DNA of 63,988 nucleotides, filler included, from Circinaria calcarea (Eukaryota): NCBI GenBank assembly GCA_051942165.1. It is 6 parts of 6 records of this genome, joined end to end, with 100 filler letters (N's around TTAATTAATTAA, not from the genome) between each part and the next. Parts side by side here need not be neighbours in the genome. Positions count along the whole stretch, not along the records: positions 54,413 to 63,988 come from JAVECS010000912.1; 5 more parts are not named here. One strand, 5' to 3'. Shown piece by piece: positions 61,139 to 63,988 of this stretch (position 1 is its first letter; each line of letters starts with the position of its first letter). The notes under the pieces were generated by a model. It saw only the letters and a program-made list of their open reading frames with translations, ran no database searches and was not told where the DNA came from. The position numbers and the translations under genes were made by a program.

Positions 61139-61607
61139 CACACACCACATCATACACCGCATCATTTGGGCACAGTCATTTCTTTGGCCGCTTAGTAAGC
61201 AGTACCTTCTACATATGGGCTGAACCCCTATTAGAACCCACCGGGGACCTCTATTTTCTACGAAAATCGGCAGGTGGTAACTACTTACTAGTGAGCCTAT
61301 GCCTAAATATCAATACTTGATTACCTCACTAGTCTACGAACGTAATAGTGGAAGTGCATAGACGTCTGACAAATTACCCAATTATCATTCGTAATCGCCT
61401 AATTGCAATACTATTACTAGTACTAATTTTAGCCAAAGCTGACTGTCCCTCCTGTGGGAAGCTGACTGTCCCAAGTCAACTTGAAGCTATCTGACCGCTA
61501 TTGACACATTGAGGCATACACTCGAGGACTGATAGCGCTATATGCTAAACTCTCTGTCAGATCGAAACGATACTCGGTATTCACTCTTTCCGCTTTGCTT
61601 ACCTAGA

Positions 61608-63465
61608 ATGACTACTCCAAAGGCCTTGGAAAGCCGTAACCAATATATTGTCGGATGGATTGCTGCTCTCCCGCTGTGGGGCTAGCAGCTGCAACTGCGA
61701 TGCTTGATGAGGAACACGAAAAGCCTCTTGATTTCGAGCAGCCTTCCACCGACAAAAACACATACACATGGGGTCGCATTGGAGGGCATAACGTGGTTAT
61801 AGCGTCGCTTGCAGCAGGGGTTTATGGCACAACGTCTGCTGTAGTTACTGCATAGTCTATGCTCCGCTCCTTTCTACACATCCGAGTTGGGCTTATGGTC
61901 GGTATTGGCGCTGGGATTGCAAGGCCGGAGCATGGTCGCGATATTCGCCTGGGTGATGTTACCGTCTGCCAGCCTGATGGACGGACCAGCGGAGTTCTCC
62001 AGTACGACCTCAGAAAGGCGAAGACCGACGGCAAACTAGAGCCCAAGGGCTTTCTCAACATGCCGGCACAGGCTCTTCTCACAGCATTAGCCAAACTTCA
62101 AGCACAGCATGAGCGCGAACCATCTAAAATACTTGAATTTCTCAAACAGATGGTGAGAAACAATCCTCGAATGGCCAAATCCAATTCTGGAAAACCTAGC
62201 TACGTACATCAAAAAGAAGAAAATGACCGGTTGTTCGAACCGAAGTATGAACATGTCGGTGGCTTTGACTGCAATGACTGCGACTCACATCAGAAGATAT
62301 TACGTGACACACGGGATTCCATCGAACCAGAGATCCATTATGGTATCATTATCTCTGGAAATACACTGGTCAAAGATGCTGCCACTAGAGACTCGATATT
62401 GCAGTACACTGGAGAGGAATGCATCTGCTTCGACATGGAAGCGGCCGGGCTAATGAACAACTTTCCTTGTCTTGTCATAAGAGGAATTTGCGATTATGCG
62501 GACTCACACAAGAGTGATTGCTGGCAAAGATATGCTGCTGCAACAGCTGCCGCATACGCGAAGGAGTTTCTAGGAGTTGTTCCGAGTAAAGACCTGGAAA
62601 AGACTCGGAAGGCTGCCGATGTCATAGAAAGTAGTTAGTATATACATCTTTATTCTACCAATACTATTACTGATGGCCTGAGAAGTTGCACAGGATGTGA
62701 CAAATATCCACTCAATAACTGAAGAGACAAAAAGCAGCATTTACAAACTCCATCTTGACAATTATCAGCAGGAAGTCATAAAGTGGCTATCCCCCCCCCG
62801 ATTCCTCAACAAACTACAACAAAGCATTGGAGAAACGCCACCAGGGCTCAGGTCTCTGGCTCCTCCATCATCCCATTTTTACCAAATGGAAGACACGACC
62901 AGATTCCTTTCTATGGCTTTATGGTATACCCGGGTGCGGTAAGACAATTCTCAGCTCCGCCATTATTGAGGATCTCGACAGAAATACCTCCCTTTCTCAA
63001 CATCTCCTCTACTTCTACTTTGACTTCAGCGATACTAGCAAGCAGTCTCTTGAAAGCATGATCCGCTCACTCATCAGCCAGCTCTACCACAAGCGGGAGG
63101 ATACCCGGAAGCAATTAGATTCGCTCTTCTCCTCTTACGGCAACGGACGTCGACGGCCGGCTACGGAATCCTTGTGCAAAAGTCTCTTGCTTATAATACA
63201 GCAGACTGATGAGGTCTGGGTTATACTAGATGCTCTTGACGAATGCCGTACAAGGAAAGGGACTGAGACCGAAGGATTGCTATCATAGATGAAAGATCTA
63301 CTTTCCACGCCAAGGAATGCTTACCTTCTTATCACAAGTCGCCAAGAAGAAGACATTGAATCGGTATTAAGCGAATGGGCTCGTATTGAAGATATGATGC
63401 ACATACAGAGCGATCTTATCACTGATGATATCCGTGGATATATTGGGGCTAGAGTCAGAGAAGTA
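61608..63465 (+). pseudogene. PNP_UDP (purine nucleoside phosphorylase)-NACHT NLR pseudogene
   Basis: Y.VGWI.AL, D.NTY..GRIG.HNVVIA, GLMVGIGAG, DIRLGDV, IHYG.I.SGN, C.DMEAAGLMN.FPCLVIRGICDYADSHK...WQ.YAA, then LWLYGIPGCGKT and ILDALDEC. Frameshift at ~61675, TAG at 61853, C9 frameshift at 62791, TAG at 63286; truncated before the sensor domain. Confidence 0.88.
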
Positions 63466-63539
63466 ATACGGCATTTAACGTTTTTATGCCTCTTAAGTTA
63501 TTATGGATACGCCCAATATACCTGCTGTAGACAATAGAC

Positions 63540-63988
63540 ATTGAAAGTAGCTCCTAAATACTATTTATATAATATTATAAATTATTTCGCCTACAGCGTA
63601 TATACGCTTAAAATTAATAATATCGATATTTTAATATAAATTAAGGGAGTCTATATCTATATTCCTTATATTAATAAAGCCCTTTAATCCGGCGCTAACG
63701 TTTTTTATAATTATAATCGCGGCGGTCACGAATTTCTTAAATAATTTTTTAGAATAAAAAAACCGGCTCCGCCTCGTCGTTTATATTATTTCATTATCCG
63801 ATCGCCTAGCCTATAGCTTTTTTAATTATTAATTTAATTAAATTTATAATTTTAATTCTATAAAATATATCTGTTGCCGCTCCGTTTATAAAAATATTTT
63901 ATAAAATATTAAAAAAAGTTCCGGTAATTATAATTCCGATCGAGGATTATTATATAATTATTATAATTTCAGCGATCGGTTCTATAAC
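63540..63988. repeat. AT-rich, RIP-like degenerate repeat DNA
   Basis: Very AT-rich, with abundant TpA and few CpA/TpG by eye; no ORFs. Confidence 0.55.

Overview
Eukaryotic DNA from a filamentous ascomycete (Pezizomycotina-type genes, short GT-AG introns with CTRAY branch sites). The window is not contiguous. It is six unrelated ~10.8 kb contigs (1-10803, 10904-21685, 21786-32564, 32665-43441, 43542-54312, 54413-63988) joined by identical 100-bp linkers (N44-TTAATTAATTAA-N44), so gene neighbourhoods only mean something within a contig. Housekeeping-type genes include a Tsp3-like tetraspanin, an STL1-like sugar porter, a GT8 glycosyltransferase, an NPP1 phosphodiesterase, an MFS pump, a Ca2+/H+ antiporter and a divergent glutamate-cysteine ligase. 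The contigs are also rich in non-self-recognition/cell-death genes: two HET-domain genes, one intact NACHT NLR, and two NLR pseudogenes (one with an N-terminal PP-type amyloid motif). A degenerate PIF/Harbinger transposase, a MITE and RIP-like AT-rich DNA are present. There are two best candidates for an undescribed system. The first is a four-gene cluster on contig 5: microprotein / kinase-HeLo-like-pseudokinase / CorA-like membrane protein / kinase-TPR. The second is a head-to-head pair on contig 3: a CHAT caspase-like protease and a beta-rich putative pore-forming protein. All family calls come from motif recognition by eye; no searches were run.
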